From Auanema rhodensis (lineage: Eukaryota; Animalia; Nematoda), in assembly GCA_964057225.1 (NCBI GenBank), contig OZ059899.1, positions 14,818,001 to 14,882,000 on the forward strand: a DNA stretch of 64,000 nucleotides. Reading direction: 5' to 3'. How positions within the stretch are numbered: the stretch's first letter is position 1; the number at the start of each line of letters is the position of its first letter. Below are positions 1 to 11,453 of the stretch, piece after piece. Below the pieces are notes generated by a model. It worked only from the letters and a program-made list of their open reading frames with translations. It made no database searches and was not told where the DNA came from. The translations under genes and the position numbers were made by a program.

Positions 1-1616
1 CCGATGACGTGAGTACTACATCTTATCCCCTTCATTATTCTAATATCATAGATACAGTTGGATGATGTAGATGGCGATAAAGGCGATGATTCAGCAGCTG
101 CTAAACGACGTGGCCCTAGAACGACAATCAAAGCTAAACAGGCAAGTTTGTTAATTCACGCGTTTTTGTTGCTACTACTGCTGTTGCCATTGCATCCATG
201 TCCCAAGTTTCTCAATTTTCGATCCTCGATCGGCATCGGCTTTTTCATAGTTTTTCCTTCATGTTGTTCTATTATTTGTTCTTTTGAAATGCTGTTGAAA
301 CAGCTTTGGAACTGCTGAACCATCTTGTTGTTTCTGGTTGCAAATTGGAAATGATTGATTCAGCCGAAAACGGATGTACAGCCCTGAAGGAAAAAAAGTT
401 TGAGATGAGAAACAGCCGAGAAGGTCGTTGATGGTGAATGAGGACACACAGCCGCTCATAATCCTGTATCAAACGGGAAAAAAAAGCCAAAAATTGTAGT
501 TTTTGCCATTTTCGTCTCATTTTCCTTGCGACAATGACGTCGCAACATAAATTGTTTTTTGAATGATTTGAGACCGTTTTTCTGATTTATTTTTTCAGTT
601 AGAAACGCTGAAGAACGCATTTGCTACTACACCCAAGCCTACTAGACATATTCGAGAACAATTAGCTGTGGAAACAGGATTAAATATGCGAGTAATACAA
701 GTACGTTCATAACTGATTTTTCAAAGCAAAATAGCTTTTGACTATACTTCGTTCTGCTGTCTAGACACCCAGATGGCTGGCTAATATCTGCTGATATCAA
801 GCTGCCTTCACTGGGGTTGACGCAGATATCTGAAGTTGAAAGACTTCGTGTTGGAGATTCTTATTACTTTTCATCGAAAATACAATAATGTCATCCGGGT
901 TTTCGATTTTCAAGAATGATATGCAGGAATTAGCTTGTTACTATATCTGATCGAAGTGATGTGAGTGATGTGTGTTAACACGATATTCTATGCCATGCGC
1001 TAGTGATGATGAAATTTTAAAACACCGTGAATCTACAACGAGAGTGTAAGGCAGGGGACAAAGAGAATGAGATAGAGAGAAAAGAGGGAGCTAGAAAGAG
1101 AGAGAGAGAAAGGAGAGAGAGAGGAGAAAGAGAGAGAGATGAGAAAGAAAAAAGACCATAGACAGAAAGAGAAACCAAAGATAGTTGTGTGAAGCGAGTT
1201 GAACCGGATGATTACATTCAGTCTCTCTTCTCTGTATCTCTTCGAAACACATAATGCTCCATTCTCATTTCCCTCGGTCCTTTAATTCACCTACATCTCT
1301 CTGGGGACCAACGGCAATTCAATTACCGTATGCTGGCTGACTGAAGCCTCATGGACCTACGGGCACACTGTCCTTGCCATACAGCATTCTGATGCCTCTA
1401 GCCATATGGCTCTTTCTTTTTGCACACTCTCTTCACTTCTATTTATTCCCCTTTATTCGTCTATCTCGTTTTCTCTCTATGTTGAACTAGCTCTTTCTCT
1501 GTGTGTCTGACTTTTCAGCCTGTTTATGTGAAAAAAAAGGTTCAAAGAAGAAAGATATGAAAACAGGAAGATGAGTCTCAGGCACACATATACGTCTATA
1601 TACATATAGACATATG

Positions 1617-1664
<48 letters not shown>

Positions 1665-2837
1665 GTGACATTACTCTTTCATTTTGAAAGAAGAAGAAGC
1701 AAGAAGCACAAATGTTGTGTTATCTGGCTGCTTTTCTGATCTTCGTTTCGTTGATTTTTGCGATTTTTCTTGGCTCCTTATCAGCAGAACAACATCTGTG
1801 CTCTTGCCGATGATGCGTCTTGCTCACCGTGCATTAGGATGTAGAAATCATGGAACATCTGACGGATCTTTAAAATGGAAAACGGGAGTAAGTGAGGAAG
1901 AAGGTTGAAGATAAAGTGGACGATAAGAGGCTTCAATGTTGAAGGCTGGTGACGATGTCGGGTTTCCTTGAGAGACAAATCTTCAGAGCTCTTATTGAGA
2001 AAATTGATTATGGGTTAGTCAGGTTCAAAGCAATATGGAAACAAGCAAGATGAAAGAAATAAAGGAGAATGATAGTAAATGAGATAAGAATTAAGAGAAA
2101 GAAAGAGGAAATCAAGCTTGAAGAGATAGAGAGCAGTAGAAACGAGGAAGCTGGTATAGAGGCTGAGAGAAAAAGTATGTGTGGGGGGGGGGTATTCCTG
2201 TTAAAGATTGCATTTATGTATAAGAAAAAGAATAAATTATAAGATATTAGGGTTTGAAACAAGTATTAATTGCTTTAAGTATCAGAATATCATATATAGT
2301 TAGATAGATAGTTAGATATAACTTATTTTAAAAAGTAAATTAAATTATATGAATGAATAACATTCAGAAAGTTTCGTGAATGAATAGATTTGTAGAAGAC
2401 ATTCATTACATGCTTATCCTATTTAGCTTTTCTCTCTTTCTTTCTCTCTCTCATTTTCTTCTTCTAATTATGGCATCTATCTTATAAACTTTACCCTTCG
2501 AACCGACTGATCTAATTGACCTGATCGTCATTGTTATTTTGTCCTCTTGACTCACAAAATTATGATGAAAGTTCTGAAACAGCCAATTTCTGTTTGGGAA
2601 CCAAAAAAAGAATTTTTTTTCTTCCTTTTCTACTCATCTGTTTATTTCATTTCGTTTCATCGTATTCAGTTTGTGTTTTCAGGTCTGGTTCCAGAATCGA
2701 CGTAGCAAGGAGAGGCGTATGAAACAGCTGAGATACGGTGGTTACAGACCAACACGACGAAATCGTGGAGGACGAGACGATATTTGTCAGGAAATGTTCA
2801 CACCAGGTAAAGCTTCGTACATTCAAAACTATCTGTA

Positions 2838-2893
<56 letters not shown>

Positions 2894-3254
2894 TGTGTTC
2901 AACTTCTGAAGCTGTTTGTCATAGAAATCGATATGATATACATGAAATGACCTTATTGCCAAACATGCCTCTTCTTCATTTTGGAGAAAAAAAAGTTGCA
3001 AATTTGGTTTTTGAGTCATGAGAAAAGTCTTATAAATAAGAGTAGTAGTGAGAATGAGAGTAGAAGAGAAAAAGAGAAAAGAGGTAAAGCATGGAATTAG
3101 AGATAATTCATGTTTTTCTTGTTGATTCTTTTCATTTTGCTCGCTAAGGCTACATTAGAAGCTGGAAAACATTGTCAAGGCGAGTGTATGGATGAGAGCA
3201 TGTTGAAGAGAAAGAGGACGAGCAGAAAAAGAGCAAGACACAGAGATGGAGAGC

Positions 3255-3316
<62 letters not shown>

Positions 3317-4638
3317 AGGGAGAGAGAGAGAGAGAGATTGAGAGAGAGAGAGAGAGAGAGGGGGGGAGGGAGAGAGAGAGAGAGAGATTGAGAGCTGAAA
3401 GTCGTCTTCAGCTACCGTAATCCCGATCTATGTCGATGTGGGTATGGTTTATGGTTGAAATGTTGCGAGGGAATGCATGAAAGCAAGCTCACTGGTCTCT
3501 TCTACGAAAAGAGTTAAAGAAGAGGAACTAAAACTTTATGTTCTAAACATAGTTGAAGCATATGAACATGTATTGAAATCAGTGCAAATGACTTTTATCA
3601 ACAAAGTTTTTAAAATGTTTTTCAAGTTTATTACCTATATGCTATATATTTAACTATATAATTTCACTAATTTTCATAGAAATATTGAAAATTTCAAGAA
3701 AAATGTTTGATAGCTTTAAGATATTAAAGACATTTTTTCTTCTACTTTGTGCTCTATCAGTAAAACATGGCTTCTCATCTAACACTAGCTAGAAGTTTCT
3801 ATCTTGAAAACTAAAATCTTCTCACTTCTTCTACTTTCTCGATTGATTTGACTTTGGATGTCATTGACATCAGTCTGTTTTGCTTATTTTCAATCACGGT
3901 TCCAGCTCAAGAGTCAGTCTGCACTCTAAAGAACTGTGATGATGTAAGGTCATCCGGTTAATCCGGCTGGTATTTTAGCAGATTGCGCAATAATGATTTT
4001 GGGATTTTTGATGAGCAGGTGTGATCCGTAGGTTGTTGATGATCCATAAAACCATAATTGCTCTTAGATACGTTTTAAAGGCTCTATCTTATAATAGTAA
4101 ATATGTTTAAATCACCAATTGAGCTCATCCATATTATAATCTATTAATCTGCTCAAAAGCCAAAATATGTTTGACCTAACTAGACAGAGAAAGAGGGGAA
4201 CTGAAGAAAGGGGAAGATCAACAGAAAAGATATTCTGATAAATTTAAGAAGAAAACGTGCACAAATCAAAATAATACATGAGCTACTTCAGTGTCAGAAG
4301 GACCGCCACCACCATTTTTCGGTCAACCTCCACCTCCAATGGGATTCTTCTGTGATCCGTACAGCGTACAACCCGAACGATCTCAACTACCATCATTCGG
4401 TACAGAATCCGCACATGCAATGGTTCATCGTGAGTTATTTCTGTTTCCGGACAAGCATATATCTTATCATATTATAGCATCAGAAGCCACCTTTTCCAAC
4501 GAAAGGACGTCACCATTGAATGGCGGATTACCTAACGCCATCATGCCGGAATTCGACCAAGAAATGCCTCCCCCTGTTTTCCATCCTTTGCCTTCTGTAT
4601 ATCCGACGACAGAACTGAAGCCGATGGCAGGATGGTAG
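1..4638 (+). CDS. lin-11: LIM-homeodomain transcription factor, Lhx1/5 class (lin-11 ortholog); 3' part only, LIM domains lie upstream of the window
   Basis: Spliced model: <1-8, 52(or 58)-141, 599-700, 2683-2806, 4292-4429, 4478-4638 (TAG); splice phases are all compatible. It translates to [13 protein letters not shown]|[34 protein letters not shown]|[20 protein letters not shown], the LIN-11/Lhx1 homeodomain, followed by a Pro-rich tail. Confidence 0.95.
2842..2892. repeat. (TG)n microsatellite, ~25 units, in a lin-11 intron
   Basis: Uninterrupted TG run read directly from the sequence. Confidence 0.95.
3247..3394. repeat. (GA)n microsatellite with an internal ~50-bp duplication
   Basis: GA run in which GGGGGGAGGG(AG)nATTGAGAG occurs twice (~3311 and ~3361). 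Confidence 0.9.
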
Positions 4639-5084
4639 TAGTATGAGAGCAACCATCATCAGCCTTCCGTACAGCACAACACATTCCATAGCTTCGAGCA
4701 AAAACATCATTATTCATTCCAAAGTTCTCTAACTATGTGTGCATGATTCTTCAGTTTCGAATCATTTATAGTTTATTATAACATATAGTTTATACAATTA
4801 TAATTATTTTCCCATCAAAAAGTCTTTTCTTCTGCCATTTATCCGCACACAATCAGCCATAATTCAGCGCCGAAGTCATTATGTTTTCACGTCAGCCTAT
4901 ATAGAAGTCACAACTACTTATCTCATTGTGGCTTCTCCTAATAATTTCTTTTTTCCTTTAACTATAAAAGGAATATTTCATACTTTTCTCTTGCCTTATT
5001 GATCATTATTGATTCTTCTAATTATTTTCGATGTTATATCTTCATCATCATACATCTCCATTTCTCTCATCCCCTCTCTTTCTT

Positions 5085-5131
<47 letters not shown>

Positions 5132-5954
5132 ATTTTCTAAAACTCTGAATTCAGCATGAAGTACATAGCCAACCAATTACGATGATGATGATGATTAAAT
5201 ATCACAAAATAAGTTTGTATCACTTCACTCATATTAGGAAATTAATTTGATGCGTGTGTCTGTATACTAAGTGTCGCATAATGTTTTTTTTTGTATTTTT
5301 TATTGTGTATGTTTCTCTTGTAAACTCTATTTACTATATTCTGATGATATATACGACGAGGATCGACGGTTGACAGTTCTAGCTCGGTCGTCGTCGACAG
5401 CGATGTCGACAGCCGTTGGCTACTAGACACGAACGCATAGATATGGCATTGACACAAGTCATGTACGTCTTCTGAATATATGCTGTCAGTCTATGCTTGC
5501 CGTCATCTGAATCATCGTTGTGTTTGTGTGAAAAATATTATTTTAAGCTCAGTCATTCATGTTCATAGTCATCTGACGTTCATCAGACATCTGATTCTGT
5601 ATTCTTTTTCTGGAAAAAATTATTGTTTATAGCTAATAATATATTTATTTTTCAATAATTATACAACAAACACATGTACATAAGCAGTTTTCTAACAAAT
5701 TTTTTCAATACAGTTCCACGTTAATCTTCTAGATAATGCTCAGGGAATGAGGCTGATACGAAAGTTGCAATAGGTTGCATAGATGTGATTCAACACTTAA
5801 GGCTGTAGGTTGAAGCCAGGATCTGCGAATACGAGATTTCTCAGGACGTTTCAATTGTTGGCAAGAGTATTGTGAAATCTCTTATAATAAGCTGAACGTC
5901 TTTGTCAGTTTTTTTCTTGAAAAGGCTGACTGTAAACGATGGAATTCTAAATTT

Positions 5955-5985
<31 letters not shown>

Positions 5986-7875
5986 TTATCTTTATCTTTA
6001 TATTGAAGTCGCGAGTGAAGCTGTCACATTGTGTCGCAGACAGGGAAAACGATGTGAGGGAGGAAGAAAGGATACACAATGTGTGACTAGCAGGTGTTAT
6101 CGTAAGCTTGAAGCAACAGAATGAGATACACGTCTGCTTGGTATGCTTCTTGTACATGTATGAATGAGCATTGACGGCCGGATGATTGTCGTCTGTCGTC
6201 TTGGTGAGGTTAAACAACACACATCAGAAATAGGAGGAGACAGAGATGATAGAAGAAGATGGTGTAGACAGGACATATAGATACAGCTCATCAACTGACT
6301 GAATCTGCTCATTTCCATATAAGAGGCTCTTTTTTGAGGTTTCAACACAACTAACTGGATAATTGATGGCATTTTGATGACAACTCGATCGGCAGCCGTC
6401 TCGTCTCGAGGGAGAACGATAAACGAAGGAAACGACATCTTTTCATAAAAATACATTGAGAGATGAAGAAAAGCACATATATGAGGTCATGATGTTGATA
6501 AGCTGCTGTCAAATATGTACATAAGTTCATTCAATAATGAGTATATTCTTATAAACCTTTATAAGAATATAGAGGGAATATCTTCGACTTCAAAATGCTG
6601 CTGAGAGCAGAAGCATGCAACTCAACTTGAATCACCGTTTTGGGATTAAAACTTGAAAACTGGGAAGAATGAGAAAGCCTTTGCCTCAAGATCAGTTTTC
6701 AATATATGTATTTCATAAGAAGATCATTCAATAGTCAGAACAGTTTCTTTTGCTCTCATGGAGTCGAAAAATTCAGAAACTTGCTAAAGTCGAGATAAAA
6801 CATCAATACGTCTGATGTGCATGATAGGTAAGTAGAGTTTACCGACGCTACATCTATGAAGTCAAGATGACGGAGAGAGCCAGATGCTCTACGGCCATTA
6901 ACTACTACTTCTTAACGTGATTAGCTGACGATATGACTCGTCTAATCCTCTTTCATTTATGATCATTAGATTGTATAATCGACGTAATGTATGATTGCCT
7001 CCAGAAGGCTTACGTTCTAACAGAATACGCATTTTCTTTCTCATCTCTCTCAATCTCTCTCTCTCTCAATCTCCCTCTCTATTTCTTTCTCTCTCTCTCT
7101 ACACATACGTAAACCTCCTACGTTCCATTTTCCTTTCTCTCTTTATACTTCAAGTCATCCTCCTCTTCCTCCTACTCATCATCATCATCATCTTATGATT
7201 CGGTGCCATATGTTTTATTTGGTTGCGGTAAATGGCCTGATGAGCATGAAACATTGGAGCACGTGGAGGTGTGACCTCATACCGTATACAGCCTGATGTT
7301 GTGTCTAATCTATTTCTCTAATTCTCTTCAATTTTACTTATCTCTAAAAAAGAATTCAATATGTCACATTGTTCTAACTGCTCTTCCTTTAATTTTGCCT
7401 TTTTTGTTGTTTTTGATGGTGATAGGCAAGCAGAAGGTCAGGCAGAATGTTAACTTTTCATTTACAATACAAGGAAATGACACAAATATCTAATGTAATA
7501 AGGATATATCTTTCTATTATCTTAGAAAGAGAGAACAGTCTAATTACAAAGTTGAATAAAGACAGATGTCTGTCCTTCTATAGCATTGTTACAGATGATC
7601 ACGTCATATACATCATTATGCTTTTAAGCATAGTATGCATGTATCTCTTTTTCATCTAAAAATAGTTTTAAGGGAGGAAATATTTTGAAAAATCTTTGAT
7701 ATATTTGCTCAAAATATGTTCCAAATTCTTCATCTCCTCTATTTTCTTGATCATAAAGAATTCTGGTGCTTCATCCTTCACATCCTATTCTTTTGAATTA
7801 TTTGATCAACATATATTTTAATGAAGTAATATAACTTATTATATAAAGAATTAGCATATATTTTTGAATAATTAA

Positions 7876-9539
7876 CACCTGAATCATTTGACGTGAATCA
7901 TTTCACGTGAACCATTTCACGTGAATCATTTGATGTGAACCATTTGACGTGAATCATTTGACGTGAATCATTTCACGTGAACCATTTCACGTGAATCATT
8001 TGATGTGAACCATTTGACGTGAATCATTTGACGTGAATCATTTGACGTGAACCATTTCACGTGAACCATTTCACGTGAATCATTTGATGTGAACCATTTC
8101 ACGTGAATCATTTGATGTGAACCATTTCACGTGAATCATTTGACGTGAACCATTTCACGTGAATCATTTGACGTGAACCATTTGACGTGAATCATTTGAC
8201 GTGAATCATTTGATGTGAACCATTTCACGTGAATCATTTGACGTGAACCATTTGACGTGAATCATTTGACGTGAATCATTTGATGTGAACCATTTCACGT
8301 GAACCATTTCACGTGAATCATTTCACGTGAATCATTTCACGTGAATCATTTGATGTGAACCATTTCACGTGAACCATTTCACGTGAATCATTTGATGTGA
8401 ACCATTTCACGTGAACCATTTCACGTGAATCATTTGATGTGAACCATTTCACGTGAACCATTTCACGTGAACCATTTCACGTGAATCATTTGATGTGAAC
8501 CATTTCACGTGAATCATTTGATGTGAACCATTTCACGTGAATCATTTGATGTGAACCATTTCACGTGAACCACGTGAACCATTTCACGTGAATCATTTGA
8601 CGTGAACCATTTCACGTGAATCATTTGACGTGAACCATTTCACGTGAATCATTTGACGTGAACCATTTCACGTGAATCATTTGACGTGAACCATTTGACG
8701 TGAACCATTTCACGTGAATCATTTGACGTGAACCATTTGACGTGAATCATTTCACGTGAATCATTTGACGTGAACCATTTCACGTGAATCATTTGACGTG
8801 AACCATTTCACGTGAACCACGTGAACCATTTCACGTGAATCATTTGACGTGAACCATTTCACGTGAATCATTTGACGTGAACCATTTCACGTGAATCATT
8901 TGACGTGAACCATTTCACGTGAATCATTTGACGTGAACCATTTGACGTGAACCATTTCACGTGAATCATTTGACGTGAACCATTTGACGTGAATCATTTC
9001 ACGTGAATCATTTGACGTGAACCATTTCACGTGAATCATTTGACGTGAACCATTTCACGTGAATCATTTGACGTGAACCATTTCACGTGAATCATTTGAC
9101 GTGAACCATTTCACGTGAATCATTTGACGTGAACCATTTCACGTGAATCATTTGACGTGAATCATTTGACGTGAACCATTTGACGTGAATCATTTGACGT
9201 GAACCATTTCACGTGAATCATTTGACGTGAATCATTTGACGTGAATCATTTCACGTGAACCATTTCACGTGAACCATTTGACGTGAACCATTTGACGTGA
9301 ATCATTTGACGTGAATCATTTGACGTGAATCATTTGACGTGAACCATTTGACGTGAACCATTTCATGTGAATCATTTGACGTCAACCATTTCATGTGAAT
9401 CATTTGACGTCAACCATTTCACGTGAATCATTTGATGTGAACCATTTCACGTGAACCATTTGACGTGAACCATTTCACGTGAATCATTTGACGTCAACCA
9501 TTTCATGTGAATCATTTGACGTCAACCATTTCACGTGAA
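7876..9539. repeat. 14-bp minisatellite GTGAAYCATTTSAY, about 119 units, with variant repeats
   Basis: Tandem GTGAATCATTTGAC / GTGAACCATTTCAC / GTGAATCATTTGAT and related variants. Unit junctions form CACGTG, GACGTG or GATGTG. Two 9-bp deletion units sit at 8565 and 8812. Confidence 0.98.
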
Positions 9540-9668
9540 ACAGTATTATTTCGTTTACATGTAAGAAACAATGGAACGGTTGTTCATCATTGACTTTCAC
9601 TTATTTCATTTGGTTTTCAGTCTAACGACGTAAATAGAACATTAAGAGAGCATGTTCAAGCTATGCCG

Positions 9669-9908
9669 CTAGTAAAATGATTAAAAACTTTATTTGAACA
9701 TCTATGAACATTCCGATTACGTCATAATTACGTCATACGAAAGAAATTGATAATAACATCGAAGTGAGGTCTCGTAAGTACAACGTGGCGCTTGTTCTGT
9801 TATTATCGTGTGAACTTTCTTAACTTTCAATTTCTTTCGTATGACGTAAACATGACGTAATCGGAATGTTCATAGATGTTCAAATAAAGTTTTTAATCAT
9901 TTTACTAG
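9669..9908. repeat. Long inverted repeat / hairpin (82-bp arms, 76-bp loop), possibly MITE-like
   Basis: 9669-9750 is the reverse complement of 9827-9908 with 2 mismatches. Both ends are CTAG and each arm has two TTACGTCA motifs. Confidence 0.93.
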
Positions 9909-9992
9909 AAAAAGCAGTAATTTACAATATTTTATTAATTAATATAACAATGATATTACAATATAATTAACAGAGACATATGACAAGTTATG

Positions 9993-10067
9993 AAATAAGT
10001 AAAAGACCCTTGGACAAGCGAATCCGTTGTTCAAGCTAAATGAGTTCCTTATTTATAGATTGATGCA
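9993..10067 (-). repeat. Outer inverted repeat, left copy (3' flank of ORF A)
   Basis: About 80% identical by eye to the reverse complement of 12561-12639; the innermost 25 nt match 24/25. Confidence 0.85.
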
Positions 10068-10083
10068 GTTGATATTTTGATTA

Positions 10084-10710
10084 TCATTGTATTTTATTAG
10101 CTGTCAAAATGCTCACAAAATGCTTGGCTTTCTCAAGAAATTCCGTCAGATGTGTTAGATCTTTTCTACAACTTAGGTACGGATTTCTGAGATTGTAGTA
10201 CTTTTCTACAAAGTTAATGATATTATTTATTAATAAAATAGAAGTATTAATTATATGCTCAGTGTTATTAATTATATGACATCGATTCATAGATAATAGC
10301 TTATTAAATACTAGATTACTGAAAACGCAAAACATTTGGGAAACATTGACGATTTCCGTTGCCAAATGAATCTGGTTGATAAATTTATCCCGAATTTCAT
10401 TTTGAAATCTGTCATCAAATTTAATACTGCCGACAGACTCTTTAAGTTTTAGGATGATATCAGTTAACCTAGCGCCTTCTGAGATATAGTAAGCGTGATC
10501 CTTATTTGGATTACACATCATACTAAACTTCAGCAAATGTTCTTGTACGTTCCTACGGAATGTGACAACATATCTAACATGTTTAGTTAATGCTTCAACA
10601 AGTTTCACTATATCATCTGGAGAAACGTCAGGATAATGGGATTTTTGAAACTTCTGTAGTTGAAATAAAGCGTTGCCTATAGAGATGAGAATAGTTTCGT
10701 GATGAGTCAT
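10084..10710 (-). CDS. Orphan ORF A, 208 aa, intronless, looks helical, function unknown
   Basis: Long non-repetitive ORF with protein-like composition in very AT-rich DNA. It ends in tandem stops TGA TAA, with AATAAA on the minus strand near 9931-9936. No recognisable domain. Confidence 0.6.
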   Translation of the reverse strand: MTHHETILISIGNALFQLQKFQKSHYPDVSPDDIVKLVEALTKHVRYVVTFRRNVQEHLLKFSMMCNPNKDHAYYISEGARLTDIILKLKESVGSIKFDDRFQNEIRDKFINQIHLATEIVNVSQMFCVFSNLVFNKLLSMNRCHIINNTEHIINTSILLINNIINFVEKYYNLRNPYLSCRKDLTHLTEFLEKAKHFVSILTANKIQ

Positions 10711-11053
10711 GGATATCTGTCATATAGTAAGCGTATTGAACTTTTGTCAACATTCTATGTTACGTAGAATCTGAAATAAATTTGTTGAATAAATTGAATA
10801 ACCAATTGGAATTAACAAGAAAAACATACGGATGCTCATGAACACCGCGATTAATTGATAACTTTAAATTTAAAAATTTATAGAAATCTTTATTGACTTT
10901 ACTACAGTTTATACCACGCCCCCAAGGAATTAAGCAAGAAGAAGCCAAAGGTCAATGAAGAAAATGTTTTTCTTACTATGTCAAATTTCATTTTCTGTTG
11001 ATACAAAGATAAAAAAGTTCCAAGTTTTCAGAATCCAATCTCTAATCAGATAG
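10710..11053 (-). repeat. 344-bp inverted repeat, left arm
   Basis: Reverse complement of 11388-11731 (coordinate sum 22441), with only 2 mismatches seen, both near the outer end. Degenerate similarity extends to ~11091/11354. Confidence 0.97.
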
Positions 11054-11087
11054 AACCTTGTTAAATGATGACAAATAGATATTGTCA

Positions 11088-11151
11088 TCGTTGAGCATCG
11101 GATTTTATCTATAACGCAGATTCTGATTTCGACCGTATCATAAATAGTGCA
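11088..11151 (+). repeat. 64-bp direct repeat, copy 1
   Basis: TCGTTGAGCATCGGATT...CATAAATAGTGCA, 62/64 identical to 12501-12564. Confidence 0.95.
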
Positions 11152-11453
11152 AAAGAAGACTCAAACGAATATGAAATCTATGTAAAGTTCGTGACAATAA
11201 CGGAATATGCATGCACATCAGCATCACAGTCAATTTTAAAACTCAATCAAGTGTTCGCAGTCAATGATATTTCTGAAAAGCAGTGTCTGTATAATGACTC
11301 AGCTATATTATGGATAAATCAACACAATCTTTTACATTTTGTTTTGATGAACGTACGATATCAATATCTATTTTGTTTGATAAGGTCCTATCTGATTAGA
11401 GATTGGATTCTGAAAACTTGGAACTTTTTTATCTTTGTATCAACAGAAAATGA
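11096..11453 (+). pseudogene. Orphan gene C, 3' fragment (exon ~11096/11120-11352, intron 11353-11399, exon 11400-11453) lacking its 5' exon at this position
   Basis: Open frame SDFIYNADSDFDRIINSAKEDSNEYEIYVKF...HFVLMN, then a 47-nt GT..AG intron, then RLDSENLELFYLCINRK*. No start codon upstream of the fragment. Confidence 0.4.

Noticed and set aside
7876-9539. CRISPR array
   Set aside because: The 14-bp units are contiguous with no unique spacers, the context is eukaryotic, and no cas genes are present.
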